From: Geosiphon pyriformis uo1
Taxonomy: Eukaryota > Fungi > Glomeromycota
DNA length: 64,000 nt
Assembly: GCA_016748015.1 (NCBI GenBank)
Contig: JAAOMT010000128.1
Coordinates: forward strand, 193,538 to 257,537
Reading direction: 5' to 3'
Part shown: positions 39,710 to 53,241 of the stretch, one piece after another
Layout of the letters: every line of letters begins with the position of its first letter
How positions within the stretch are numbered: position 1 is the stretch's first letter
The notes under the pieces: generated by a model
Database searches by the model: none
Seen by the model: only the letters and a program-made list of their open reading frames with translations
Told to the model about the DNA's origin: nothing
Program-made: the position numbers and the translations under genes

Positions 39710-41605
39710 TTATTGGAAAAAAGACCAAATATGAGAGTCTGAACCAGCACACAACAGATCTAACTTCGCCAAAACCAAACCAATAGAGACCTCCAAAGCC
39801 ACCAACTTGGATTCCAGAAGACCCACTTTGGAAGTCAAAACCTTTGAACTGCTAGGACCCAAACCCAGACTACCAGATGGAGGTGAAGGGACCTCTACAG
39901 AATCATCCAAAACCATACCAGCGCCAAGATTCAAACCTGAAACTGAAGAAAGAGCTACAACACCAGACAATAGAGAAGGACCTAAAGACACCAAGTCCAA
40001 GTTGTTAAGTTTACACACCAAGTCAGAAACCCGATCCACCAAAAACTCCATAGAGTGTTCCAAAACCGCTAAACAAGAACCCAAAGAAGAATTGTCAACA
40101 AGAGGGATAGGTCTGTCAGCACCCAAATCAGAGTTATCTGAGGAGAAAAAACCAGAACCGGAACTAGAAACAAAATGTTGATGGCCAGTTGAAGAAGCAA
40201 GAGAGACTATCTGAGCCCAAAATTTGCCACCAAAGACTGCCGGCCGAGAAACATGAACTTTTTTTCTGGCATATAGTTGAGCCAACTGCAGATGATTCAC
40301 ACCAAAGGAAGGTTTTTTATATGAAAACAAGAGTTCAGGAGATGACACATTCAACACATCACACTCTAGAGCTGAATGACCAAGATGCCCACACTTTCTA
40401 CACCGAACCAAATCTAGTCTAGCCCATGAGAATCGAACACCACCAAGAATAGGCTCAGTACAAAAGGTAGATTCCAAATTGGCATCAAAGCCAAAACCAA
40501 CCACCACATAGTGAAATCTATTACCCGTTTCCAATGACTGGTTAATGATGCAAGTTTTCTCACCAGCAGCTTCCAAAAGTGAGCCAAGATTATATGCTGT
40601 TGTCCCTACTGGCAAAGTAAACAAAAGTGCTCTAAATCAATCCCTTGATGCCTAGATATCACGATCTTCCACAGTCTTAGCCATGCACACAGAATCTTTC
40701 CCAATTAAGAATGACCATTTGAGAGCCAACTAATTAGCCTGATCTGATTTGGCAAACTCTACCACTGCTTTTTGCCACATGCCAATCAGTTGAATTTTGA
40801 TCGACCTAATTTCACCAAACTCAATGACTGTGGCAACAATCATATCCTTTGGCATATCCATAGGAATTTCTTTAATAACTACAGTCTGATTTGAACGCAC
40901 TCCTTGTTTTTTAAGATCACTGTTTACACTAATCCCATTCTCAGCAGTCAATGATATGGCCTTTTTCATGCTTTCTTTAGAAGTAAACGTCAATCAGATA
41001 ATCCTTTCAAATTTTGAAGAGATAGTGGTCCCCCCAAAACCATTGATTTTAGAAAAAAGTTTTCTGATCAACTGGGTCTTTGACATAACCGATTTTTTTT
41101 CCACAGCTAAGAGATTAATATCCAGAGCAAAAAATTTCTTAACAGCCACTTCCACAGGAGTTTTAACTATCTTAGAATTGACCCAAATTCTATCCAAAGG
41201 AATCTTTTTCTTGAGTGGGACCGGGAGAGGCTTTACCTCTTCATCTATTTCAAAGTCAGGCGAACCAATAAGAGAACCAAAATTTGCACCAGTATTAACC
41301 CTTTTAGCCTTGGGGGTGTTAACAGCCGAATCCAAGAAGAAGCCATCAAAACCACCAGACATACTAACATTTTCATCATCACCAGATAGGCTATCCACAT
41401 CAGAAAATGAACCAGTACCAGAACCAGACTTCAGAGATATATCTTTCTTATTGCCAGAGTGTTTAACATTGCCAAGAAGTTCTTTTTTCTTTTGAGAGAA
41501 AGAACCACCAGCAGGACCATGAAAAATACTCTTAGGCATCCTCTTTTTAGACATGTTGCTACCTGAAGCAGCCTCCAAATTCACAACAAAAGAGTTATTA
41601 GACAA
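39710..41605 (-). pseudogene. LINE ORF1 (RRM-like + zinc knuckle)
   Basis: Track ORFs 40994-41605, 40730-40993 and 39710-40624. Confidence 0.8.
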
Positions 41606-41699
41606 AGAAATGGTAATAAAGTATTAACAAGAAAAATAAAAAAACTTCTTTTTCAGAAAAGTACTCATTAGGGTTTTTTGGAAGTAAGAGAGAAAGAAG

Positions 41700-44600
41700 T
41701 TTTTTTCTTTGTTCTTAATAAATTTTTGTATATTTAAAAAAAATAAAGAATAAAAATATCTTGTTTTATTTTAATAATACATATATTTTAAAAAAACAAA
41801 TAACAAATAAATACTGTTTTTTTGTTATAATTTAATCATTATAAATTATGTATAATATATATAATATATATTAATATAACTTATATATTTTACATATAAT
41901 TAATTGTATTTATATTAAATTAAACATTAAAGCTTTAATTGCTTTAATATTTAACTTTAATATATTATTTATAATTATAATAATATTACTAAAAATGTTT
42001 TTTTTTTGTAAAAACTTATTAAAAATGGTTTTATTTTTTTATTTTTTGTATTTTTATAACTTAAAATACAAAAAAATATAGTATTAAGCTTTTTTTTCTT
42101 TAAACAAAGAATAAAAAAATGTGACTTTATTTTTTTGTTGTTTTTAATAATTTTAAATTTAAAAAGTTTTTTTAAAAAATAAAAACAATTAAATAACAAT
42201 ATTTTTCTTAAATAATAAAGACAAAATAGTTTTTAATTATTAAAAAACATTATTTTTAACTTTAAAAAAATTCTTATTTAAAGTTTTTTTTAAGTAACTA
42301 ATTAAAATTAGTTCTAATATAATTATTATTAATATATTAAAGTTCAAAATTTTTAATAGTAAAAAAATTGTTTTTTTTTTTAATATTATTATAAAACTGA
42401 TTTTTTGGTATTTTTAATATTTAATATTATAATTTAAATTGCAATTAGTTTTATAAGTTCTTGTATTTTTTTTTAAATAATAATACTTTTTTATAATAAT
42501 AATATTATATTTATAAATTATATACTTTTTTTTTTAATTTTATAACTATAATTAAAACATAAAACAAAAAAATTTCAAATATTGTTTTTTTTATAGTAAT
42601 TAATAAAGTTTTAATAAAAAAAATTTTTATGTTATTAAAACAATTAAGCAAAATATCTTAATAATATTTTTTTTTAATTAGTGGTTTTTTTTAGTCAAAG
42701 TTTTTTTTAAAAAACATATTAAAATTAGTTTAGTATTATTTCTATTTTTTTTAAAAGCTTTAAAGTTTTTAATAATAAATTAGTTAATAAGCTGGTCTTT
42801 TTTGCTCTTATTATTACTATTATTATTACTTTGCAAATAGCCAAAAAAACCAAAAATTCCAAAAAACAGTAGTAGTTATTTGTGTTTATTATTATTATAT
42901 TAACTTTTTTTGTAATTTCAAATAAAATTATGAATAAAATTTTATTAATAATACTTAGTTTTTTTAATATAAATAAGAATAATAATAATGTTTTTTAAGA
43001 TAAATTAAGATTAACTATTAATTATGTTGTTAAATATAATGTTTTTTAACAAATTATTATTGGTTTTAAAAGCAAATTAATTTATTTGGTTATTTGATCT
43101 TAAAAATTAAACCAATCAAATAAAAACTAAAATAACATATTTATTTTTATTTTTTAGTACTGTTTTTAATAATGTTTAAACAATTTCCAATTATTAAAGA
43201 TTTTTTAAATAAATAATTTTTATTTTGATATTTAATACTATATTTAAAATCAAATTGGTCTTGATTAATTTTTTGTTTTATTTGTTATCTGATTTTATTG
43301 AATTTAAATTAGTTTTAAAAGACAATATTAAGTTATTTTATATAGACTTTATTGATTTTTTTGGTTATTATTACCAAAATTGTTGTTGGTAATTTTTTTT
43401 AACCATATTTAAAATTATAAATTCTTTTATAATGACTTTTTTTTATCTTATTTTTATTGTATTTTATAATGTTTTTTTTGGTGTTTTTAATAATATTATT
43501 TTAATTAAGTTAAAATTTGTTAATTTGTAACAATATATTAGTGTTTATTTTAAAAACTTTTTTTGTTGTTATTACTTTTAATAACTAGTTTGTATTAATT
43601 AAAAAAAATAATATTAAAATTTTTTTTGTTTAATTACAAAAAAGTTTTTATTTTAAAAAACACTTTTAAAACCAAATTAATTAATTTTTTTTGGGTATAT
43701 TGTTTTTAAAATTAGTAATTTATTTTTTAGATTGTTATTATATATGTTTTATTTTCTATTTTATATATTAAAGTTTAAATTATCTGATTTTAAATTATAA
43801 AATATTATTATTATTTTTTTAAATTTTTTTTTAAATCTGCAAGTTTTTTTCAAAATTTTTGATTTTTATTATACTTATTAAATTTTATATTAAAATTTTT
43901 ATTTTATTAAATTTTTTTGTTATTATACTTTTGATTATTTTTGTTATTATTATTGTTAATCTTATAATTAATTTTAAATTAGAGGGTTTTTTTTAATTTA
44001 AATTAATTGTTTTAATTTTATTAATTAGATTTATTGTTAAACTTATTGGTATTTTGGTTGTTTTAATTATTAAATTACTTAATACTTTTTTTACATTATA
44101 TAATAAGTCAAAATTATTATTAAAACTGTTTAAAATATGATTTTTGTCTTTAACAAAATTTTAAATAAGATAAATTAAAATAATATTAAGCTTAAAATAA
44201 AATATAAACTTAAAGATAATACTATAAAATTCTTAATAATATTTTAATATATAAATATATTTAATAGTGTATTTAATTATATATAAAAAGCATATAAGTT
44301 ATATTTTATACATTAAATCAATAAAAAAAAGTAATGTTTTATAAAAAAAACTAAAAATTAAATACAAAAACATATTTATAATAAACAAATATTTTAAAAT
44401 TAATTTATTAAATTAAAAATATTAAGTATTTTTAATTTAAAAAATAAATAAGTATTTATTAACTTTAATTTAAATAATTAATTATATATTATAAAAAATA
44501 TAAGTTTGTTTATTATTTAACTTTTTAAAAATAAAAATAATTTAAATATTAAATATAATCATATTTTATTAAAACAATAAAAAAAAAAGTTATAATTATA

Positions 44601-45400
44601 AGGAATTGCTAAATCAACCCACCCGCAACACGTGATATTAATATAGATAGAATTTTAATATTTATTTATTAATTATTAATTTAGTTAAAATAAAAAGTAA
44701 CTTTTTCTTATATAAAATTGAATATAGATTATATAGATTAACTTTTTATTATGTCTTAAGTAATTTATAGTGTTTTATAATTCGTTGTGAACAACTATAT
44801 ATAGTTGAATGCGAAACTATGACGTAAATAATATCACGTATTGCAGATGAGTCGATTTAGCAATTTTTATTATTAAAAATTAAAAATATCAATTAAAATA
44901 TTTATAATATTATTAATTTTACTTATTATTACAAAAATATATATATAAATATATTTTTTAATATTTAAATACAATCTACAATTAAATTTTTTAAAAAGCT
45001 TTTATTCTTTTTAAAAAATGTAATTAAAATAATATTTAATTTTACAACAAAATAATTAATAATATTTGTTAATATAATTATTATTATAATCTTAGTACTA
45101 TTTAAATACATTTAATATGTACATATTTAATATTAAATGTAACTTATATATTTTTTTATCTATAATAATTACTTAAACTTATATTAAAATTATACTAAAC
45201 TTATATTAAAATTATACTAAACTTATATATAATATAATTTTTTTCTTATTAAATATTTAATTAATTTCTATAAAACAAACATTCAATCAAGCATCTTATT
45301 ACTTATAGAAGAATTTTGCATTATTAGCTTTTTATTTCTTTTTAGTTGTATACCATACTTCTTTTTAATCTGAGTTAAGGTCTTATATAAATTTGTTACA
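41700..45400. other. Ultra-AT-rich zone, probably fully decayed transposons
   Basis: Very low G+C, almost no CpG, no credible ORFs. Confidence 0.55.
44602..44867. mobile_element. MITE (~266 bp) with ~39-bp terminal inverted repeats
   Basis: Left AATTGCTAAATCAACCCACCCGCAACACGTGATATTA versus reverse complement of the right end AATTGCTAAATCGACTCATCTGCAATACGTGATATTA. TSD is ambiguous. Confidence 0.8.
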
Positions 45401-45508
45401 AATCTACCAATACCAGCAACCTGTTATTAACAACTGCATAAAATCTATCTTTTTATCCCAATACAGCCATGACTTAAGACACCAAAGTGCCAACAGATAT
45501 TACCAAAG

Positions 45509-46643
45509 ATTGCGCAGCCCACATTTGATGTTGTCCTATACCAGTGGTCAGCATTACTTTTTCCTTGTAATCTTGCATTTGACGGTCTAATTCCTCAATG
45601 ATTTGTTGAGGTTTCAGACGAGCATCTTTTGTGGCAGGTTTCTTGTAATGCCACGGATATTTTGTTTTCCATTCGTTAATTAATGAGAACCATTCTTTTC
45701 TTTCCGAGAATTCTACAAATTGCAAGAGAGTTCAAAGGTTTTCAGCTACGTCACCTTCTACCGCGGCATTAGCTTGAACAACTTTGTTAATGTTTTTGGG
45801 ACTTATTTCGAAATGTATGATTCCACCACGATTTTCTTTTGCTGCTTTTTTCGCTTCCGGTGCAAAATCTTTGTATGTCAGAAAAGAAGAGAAGTTGTAA
45901 GAAAGATTTAATTAATTGTGAACTTAATTCTAGAATTGAAGCAAGATCTTTTCGAAAGCTTACGATTTAGATGTCCGGTGACACGATCATCAAATCTAGC
46001 GCCTAAAGCAATAATCACATCCGCTTTTTGCATTGCCAGATTGGCAGAAGCTGATCCATGCATACCTAACATGTGCAAACTACGAGGGTCCAATTCGTCA
46101 AAAGCTCCCTTGGTAACACAGACTCGAAATGTTTTCGAGTTATAAATTTCACCACCGGGGTATCCGAGTATGTGACGTACACCATGTCGTAAGCCTACAA
46201 GAGACGTGTCATATGCTGGTGCAGGAGTTACCGTTGGTTTCGGTCCTGGCGGTATAGGTGGTGGGTAAGCAGGTGGTATTTCAATTGAATGTGAAATTTT
46301 TTTTATTCCAAGTAACCATTATTTTTCTTATTTTTCCCGCTCTTCACCTTTCTCTCTCTTCACCTTTCTCTCTCTATATCTTCTCTGGGAACATAGCTAC
46401 TCAACCCCTCTCTTTCTAGTCTTCCCGTTTTACACTGAAATAAGCCAACCGCAAACTAAAAACCCACCTAATAGCACTAGCTTGCCACCGTCGTTGCGTT
46501 GTAGCCCAAGAAGCGGCCACCTTTAACGTGGTAGCTTTCGTTTTCGTCTTTTGCAACATAGTAGGAGTGAGTGCTAGTGGTAGTGGTAGTGGTTATGTTC
46601 CTTGTGCTACTAAATAGATGTCGGTTATTCATAACTTATTTAT
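45509..46643 (-). pseudogene. ILV2: Inverted, internally deleted genomic duplicate of ILV2 (~24102-26138)
   Basis: Near-identical to ILV2 including intron 3 and part of intron 1; several deletions and frameshifts; truncated after QHQMWAAQ. Confidence 0.95.
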
Positions 46644-46760
46644 TATTTAAAAAATGTTAAAATCTATCAAGAATTCCTTCTTATAATTTAACTCTAAAAA
46701 TTCTATTCTATTTCTTTATATGATCTAATTTTTCCTTTCCAATTTCAACACTTGGACCAT

Positions 46761-47804
46761 CTAATTTGAATCATGTTCTGGTAGAATTTTGTTATTGGAA
46801 TTATTGGTTTCCTCCAAATCCAATTTTTTGATTTCTTTTATCAATGAAGACTCACAATTCCCAACTGTTAAATCTTCTTTCCTTGGGGCATTATACCGTG
46901 TCATTTGTAGATCTTTAATGGTGAATCCACATTTTTCATAAAATCCCGTATTATTTTGTTTGCAATTCAAGATTATTTTGTAACATCCGAGCTCTGTACC
47001 AATGTATTTTAGTTGATCAATTATTCTAGAAATAAGGATTAAAATATTATAAAAGTGATATGATAAAGTAGAAAACAACAAGAACCAACCTTCGTCCAAA
47101 ATTTTTCCCTCTTTGTGAATCATTGACTACTATATCTTCAATATGTCCAGCCTTTAATATTATTTAAAAAGTTGATAATTGTTGATAATAAAAGTAAAGG
47201 TAAAAGATTAAAAAATTTTAATAATAATAATAAAAATAATAATAAAAATAATAATAAAAATAATAAAAATAATAATAAATACCTTTGAACATCCACGTAA
47301 AAATTTTAATTCTACAAATAGAGATCCGACTCCAACGACCTTTTCCAAATCCTGATCTTCAATAGCGATAATATAATAACCCCCATTCTGTTTCATCGCA
47401 TCAAATTGTTCTAAAAGCAAAAATAAATATTTGTGAATTGTAATTTTGATAATTTTCCGAGATAGTTAAAAACAGAAAAAACCATGTCAACTATCAATTA
47501 TTCATTCATACCATTGAATTTCTTTTCTGATACATCACCAATAATCGAAAGTTGGCTCAAACAATTCATGATTTCTTGGATTTAATCAAAAATGAAAATT
47601 TAATTTATTAAAATTCATGATCCTCAATCGTGGATCTAATAAATTTATCCAAAAAAAATTTATCAATATTATGATAACTCTTTCCTAATTCTAACCTTTA
47701 TGATAATCCTTCTTTGAAATTGGTCGAATTATATAATTTTTAGGCATAGCAGCTTGTATTTCAGACGAAATAAGTGATTGATCGAATAAATATTCTTCCA
47801 ACAT
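46761..47804 (-). CDS. GNA1: Glucosamine-6-phosphate N-acetyltransferase (multi-exon)
   Basis: MLEEYLFDQSLISSEIQAAMPKNYIIRPISKKDYHK, ELKFLRGCSK, GHIEDIVV..QRGKNFG, GCYKIILNC..NTGFYEKCGF. Confidence 0.92.
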
Positions 47805-47869
47805 AATTTTTTCTTTCTCACAAAAAAACAGAGAGTTTATAAAAAGAAAGAGAGAAAGAAAGAAATAAA

Positions 47870-47873
47870 GAAA

Positions 47874-47912
<39 letters not shown>
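47870..47912. repeat. (AAAT)n microsatellite
   Basis: Direct reading. Confidence 0.9.
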
Positions 47913-48561
47913 AGAAAGAAAGAGAAATAATTACCAAAGATATCTTTCTTTTTATGCTTTTGAAGTAAGGATGATCCATGTTCGATGATTTGTCAAGTAA
48001 AAATTTATTGTTCGCTTTTTTTGTCACCATACTGCTGTAATAGGCTGTGAAATAAATAACCGTTTAGATTTAGTGTAACTTTATTGCGATGCTTCCTCAT
48101 ATGATATACAAAAAAGTTATCATTCCATAATTGGTAATTGGAATAATTTACTGAACGTTTAGCCCATGGCTTTAAAAACCTGATAAAATTTTCGGGATTT
48201 TCTTATTGCTGCAATATTTAAACAGCTGCAAGGTACCTTTTGCAAATCTAGGAAAATCTACTATAAACAAGGTTTCTTATCAAAACATTTATTTGTGAAG
48301 CCATTCACAACTCAAAAAAAAATTTCCCTATTTTCAATGGTAGGAGATATCATCAGATAACCAATAACAATAAACTTCATGCATAATATACTATATACAT
48401 CTTTACGTATGCTGATCTATTGAGCTGAAATAGTTGTGTCAGATTACTGCGCAGCTTTAACCCTCATAGTGTGCAGATCAGTTATTAAAAATCTCTCACT
48501 TGCTTATTGAAACTCAGTGTATCTGCTTGCTTTCCTACTCTCGTCACTATTCAGTTCGTCA

Positions 48562-49386
48562 ATGGCGAGTGTTAAAAACATGCCTGATAATATAAGAGTT
48601 CGTAAATCTAAATCATTTCAAAGTGATAACTCTTCCGTTTCTCCTGCTACTACAAGTGTAACTGGTTCTGTTGAAAGAAGAAATTCTGCTGCGTCAAGAG
48701 GACCTCCCCCAAAGTAAGTATAAAGTAAGAAAAAAAATTTGGCGAGACGATTGGATCTTAAAAGTTATCAACTTTTGATATATGAAAGATTTTGAGCCAA
48801 ATTTCGAATAAAATGTAATACATCGAAAAGAAAAATTTTTCATGATATCTATCTCACTACAAAAAAACAAACAAAAGGATCTTCACATAATTTAGCTTCT
48901 GTTACTATCTCGAGCAAAAAATACAACTTTCAATACCGTCTGACTTCTCTAAACTAAAGACAAATTTTTCATTTTTTACTGATTTGATTTTATCTAAATA
49001 GGGGCCCTTATACTGCTCCTTTTTGGGTAGCTTTTGGAGCTTTAGCTATAGTTAGAGTCCTCTCCGCCCTTTATGCAAACATTGCAGATTGCGATGAGGT
49101 ATTAAAAAACAAAATATAAATATTATAACTACATGAGATTTTATGGACATTAATTGATATTTAATATTAGTAAAAATTTTTAACATTTCCTATAGGTTTA
49201 TAATTATTGGGAACCTACGCATTATCTCCAATATGGCTATGGAATGCAAACATGGGAGTATTCGCCTGAATATTCCATTCGAAGCTGGGCTTACATATTT
49301 CCTCAGGTTGTGGTCGGTAAAATACTCGAATACGCTATCGGTGATAATGACAAGGTTCGGAAATATTCATTCTATTAAATCTTGAC

Positions 49387-49428
<42 letters not shown>

Positions 49429-51635
49429 TCAAAGTTTTCAAGTTACCAGCATTCAGTCTTTTTTTTTTTTTTTTTTTTTTCTTACATGATTTAGATCAAA
49501 ATTTTCTATGGAATTCGTATCTTCTTCTCCTTACTTTCCGCTTTTTGTGAGGCAAAATTTTATCGTGCCGTACTCGATCAGTTGGGTAACCGTGTTGGTC
49601 GTTATATGTTTATCATGCTTTTAACTGGAGCCGGAATGTGGAATGCTGCGACTGGTAAAATTATTTTTTACTTTCTATTTTATCAATTCTATTCCAAACA
49701 TATGTTAAAGGAAGGATTTTTTTAAATTTAGCGTATCTTCCATCTACTTTTGCCATGTACACAACCATGCTTGCGTTTTCCTACGCTCTCGGCCCCGTCT
49801 CATCAAAAAATACAAAGCGCCCTTATCGAGCCATCGGATTTTTTGCCTTCGGTGCTCTATACGCCTGGCCATTCAGTGCCGTTGTCGGACTCCCGTTAGT
49901 TTTTGAGGAAATTTTCGTCCGGGGAACAGAAACTAGCAAAGTACTCTCAAAGAATATTAATTGGCGTGCACAAAGGGTCAAACGCGTTCTAGGGGCCACC
50001 TTCAGTGGGTTGTTGATATTGGTATAAACTTCATTCAAATCATTAATATTTGTTATCCTGAATTTCTTAATTCTGATTCAAATTTTTTTTTTGCCGACCT
50101 AGATTCCAGTCGTGGCCTTTGATTATTTTTTCTACCAGAAATTCACAGTCGTACCCCTTAACATCATTCTTTATAATGTATTCGGTGGTTCAGAGCGCGG
50201 CCCAAATCTGTATGGCACGGAACCATGGACATATTACTTCATCAACGGCTTCTTGAACTTTAATATATTATACATCATGGCAATTTTAAGTTTACCAGCG
50301 CTGGTATGTTTCCGATTTCATCTCGAGTTTTTTGACTTCTTGAGTCAATTTTTTTAATCAATATTTGTTTTCTTAATCAAACTGAAATATTTGAAGGTTA
50401 TAACCTTTTTCGTTGATAATGGACGCATCGCTTCAGCATCTCCTACCGACAAAAATTATCCCTACATCATCGTATTATTACGATTAATTCCATTATATCT
50501 CTGGCTTTCTATTTTCTGTCTGATACCACACAAAGAGGAACGATTTTTGTATGTCGTATATCCGCTTGTATGCCTGAACGCAGCAGTATGTCTTTTCTTG
50601 GCTAGGGGTTGGGTCGATCGATTCTTATTCGAAGTACAGATACTTAACAAAGCACGAGTAAGTTTTTAATTAGGAGCGTTAATTGTTTTTCTTTAAATTT
50701 GAAAATTCTTAATTTCTTAAAACCTTTTTATTACCCATTTGTAGAATCGACGTAAGCAAATGTTAACGGGACTCACTTCAGTAATTATCCTCGTATCAGT
50801 CGTCATTTCGGCTTCTCGCATCACAGCTCTGTATCAGCATTATTATGCCCCCGTAACAATCTACAAGCATTTTTACTATGAAGAAATTCCATCTCAAGAA
50901 CTTACAAACGTCGACGATAACAAAGAGATTAACCTCTGTCTTGGGAAGGAGTGGTATAGATTTCCCAGTCATTATTTCCTTCCTCATGGTGTTCGTTTGC
51001 GATTCATAGAATCAGATTTTCTCGGATTGTTACCAAAGTATTTCCCCGAAGCGCCTACCATCTCGGAACATGAGGGTCCAAATTATCTCAACATGATTCC
51101 ACCCGGAACATGGCAACTCCCTTCAGGATTTAATGATCGAAATCTTCAAAATCCCGACCATTCTGATGTGTGTTATCTCATTAATTCATCATCACTGTTT
51201 TACTGTTGCCCAATCTTGTTTAATCGTAATCAAACCTTGATTTCATTTTCGTCTTAAAAATAGTCCAACACAGATAAATGTGATTATTTAATTGATGTAG
51301 ATTTTGAATCTACTCAAACCAGTCCTCGTGAACCACGCTACGCTCAGCAAACGGATGACTGGTCTCGAATAATTTGTGTACCTTTTTTGAACGCTAATCA
51401 GTCAAACAGATTTGCACGCGCTTTTCACCTTCCTAATTGGTTATTAGAGAAATGGTCGAGATTTGCTCCATCACGAATAAATCCTAAAGGAGATTTGCTA
51501 CGTTGGGGAGAATATTGCTTATTGAAGAAAGTAGAAAAGAAAATCGAAATACCCGAGGTGCCTGAAGTAATTGTGGTCCCTGAAGAGATTCCAAAGGAAT
51601 CAAGTTTTTTTAATTTATGGGGTTACTTGTCATAA
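48562..51635 (+). CDS. ALG9: ER alpha-1,2-mannosyltransferase (GT22), multi-exon
   Basis: IADCDEVYNYWEPTHYLQYGYGMQTWEYSPEYSIRSWAY, PHKEERFLY, CLGKEWYRFPSHYFLP. Confidence 0.93.
49388..49423. repeat. (CAT)n microsatellite in ALG9 intron
   Basis: Direct reading. Confidence 0.9.
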
Positions 51636-52893
51636 CCGGTTATCAAAGCCTCATAATACCTCACACTACTTTGTTAACTTTCTTGAGCCTGAGCTTTTTT
51701 TGGTTAATTTTTTCTTACTACCATACATTTCAACACAATGCAACTTGTACAAAAGACATTCACTGCCATGTTTTCCGTTCTTGCAATTTATTTTGTAAAT
51801 AATAAATCATTAGATTCACAACAAAATTCTTGGCTATAAAAAGCCTGGTCTCATGTCATTGGCTGTCTGTCATGTGCCTTATTAACAGTTACTTTTGGAT
51901 ATGATCAAATGATTGATTTTTTACTATCTGAATTTATAATGACGTTTTTTTTAAGCCATTTTGGATTAAAAGACATATTGGCATTTGTAATATAAATAGA
52001 TTAGAGTTAAATAATTTGATTGTTTGTTATTATTATTGTCCGAGAAACTTTTTACATATTTAAATTTCTATTTATTCTTAGCCTGATAATGCCAGTATTT
52101 CCATAAACATGAATGACCTTTTTGTCTAATTCAAGTTTTTGTATGGGCATACAGTTGAGATTCTAATAATGTGAAATTTCAATGTTTTTATTGATTTCAG
52201 GATATTTTGGGTTCCCTTCTTGTAGGTCTCATTCATTGTCCATTATTTTGAAGCTAAACCAAGTTTAAAGCGGATCTTTACTATAGGTTGTAAATTTTTT
52301 GATTTTTTTTTGGTTATCAGGGTAACATCTTTTTAATATAAAAACAATTCCTTCTAGGAAAATTTAGAAAGGCTTTTTCTTCACATATGTAATTAGTTAT
52401 TATAATTAAAAAAATCCCCATTCTACTTTAAATCAAAATGTTTTTACATGATTTTTTAAATAATAAAATGAAACAAAAACTTGATTATCTTTTATTACTT
52501 TTACTAAACGCCTTTAATTAAAGTCTTTTGGAACTAATCCCTATTAAAAAAGCAAATATTATGAGGTAACCAATCAAAATATTTGATTAAAAATAATATG
52601 AATAATTTCTAAAAAATTTTTAGGAATGTAATGCTCGTAACCATCAATTCAACAGAGTATTTAAAAAAATATTAATTGACAAGGTTTAAACATAAATCAT
52701 AAATCATAAAGTGGAAACTACAGAAGTTTAGATGTCGCTTTTAAAAATTTCTTTACTCATTATTTTCTCTGCTCAAATATAAAAGTTTATACGTATATAC
52801 ATTATTAAACAATTTGTTTTAATTAAAAATTTTATAATCAATCATTAAAATTTTTAGTTTGATTAATACTAAAAATATAATTATATCATTTAA

Positions 52894-52998
<105 letters not shown>

Positions 52999-53241
52999 GC
53001 AATTTAACAACTAACATAATTAAATAAGCTACTATTGCTATTACCATTACCAATACATCTTATTATCTACTGTCCTTCTCTTTAATTCTCCGCCCATGGT
53101 GTCACCATCCCAACGGATTTAGACTTGTATCACCTTATGACTAAAAATATTAAAATTAAAAATGAATTCGACAGAAATTCCAACTTTCATCACTACTCTC
53201 ATCATCCAAACACTGACAAAGCCTTACAAAATCTTGCAAAA

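Larger units (their letters stand above)
27476..39713 (-). pseudogene. LINE ORF2, split by C (29434-36993)
   Basis: Track ORFs 39159-39662, 38826-39143, 38025-38597, 37395-37781, 37044-37262, 28991-29431, 28562-28909, 27923-28357 and 27476-27919. The start probably overlapped the ORF1 stop (ATGA decayed to ATAA). Confidence 0.85.
27345..41700 (-). mobile_element. Near full-length LINE (ORF1 + APE-RT-RNaseH-Zn ORF2), interrupted by Gypsy C; ends approximate
   Basis: ORF1 with CCHC (CRKCGHLGHSALEC). ORF2 with APE (SIITETKL, LGDDFN, IDYIF, TNH), RT (QDIYKAYDSV, GLDQGE, FVDD), RNase H (VYTD, VELHAIALAL, STDS) and CIRC..HVFLC. Confidence 0.92.

Noticed and set aside
39807-41495. Plus-strand ORFs opposite LINE ORF1 and other antisense ORFs in TEs
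   Set aside because: Antisense shadows of biased coding sequence with no recognisable motifs.
45474-46093. Second ALS as a self-resistance gene of a biosynthetic cluster
   Set aside because: The copy is frameshifted, deleted and truncated, and there are no biosynthetic genes in the window.
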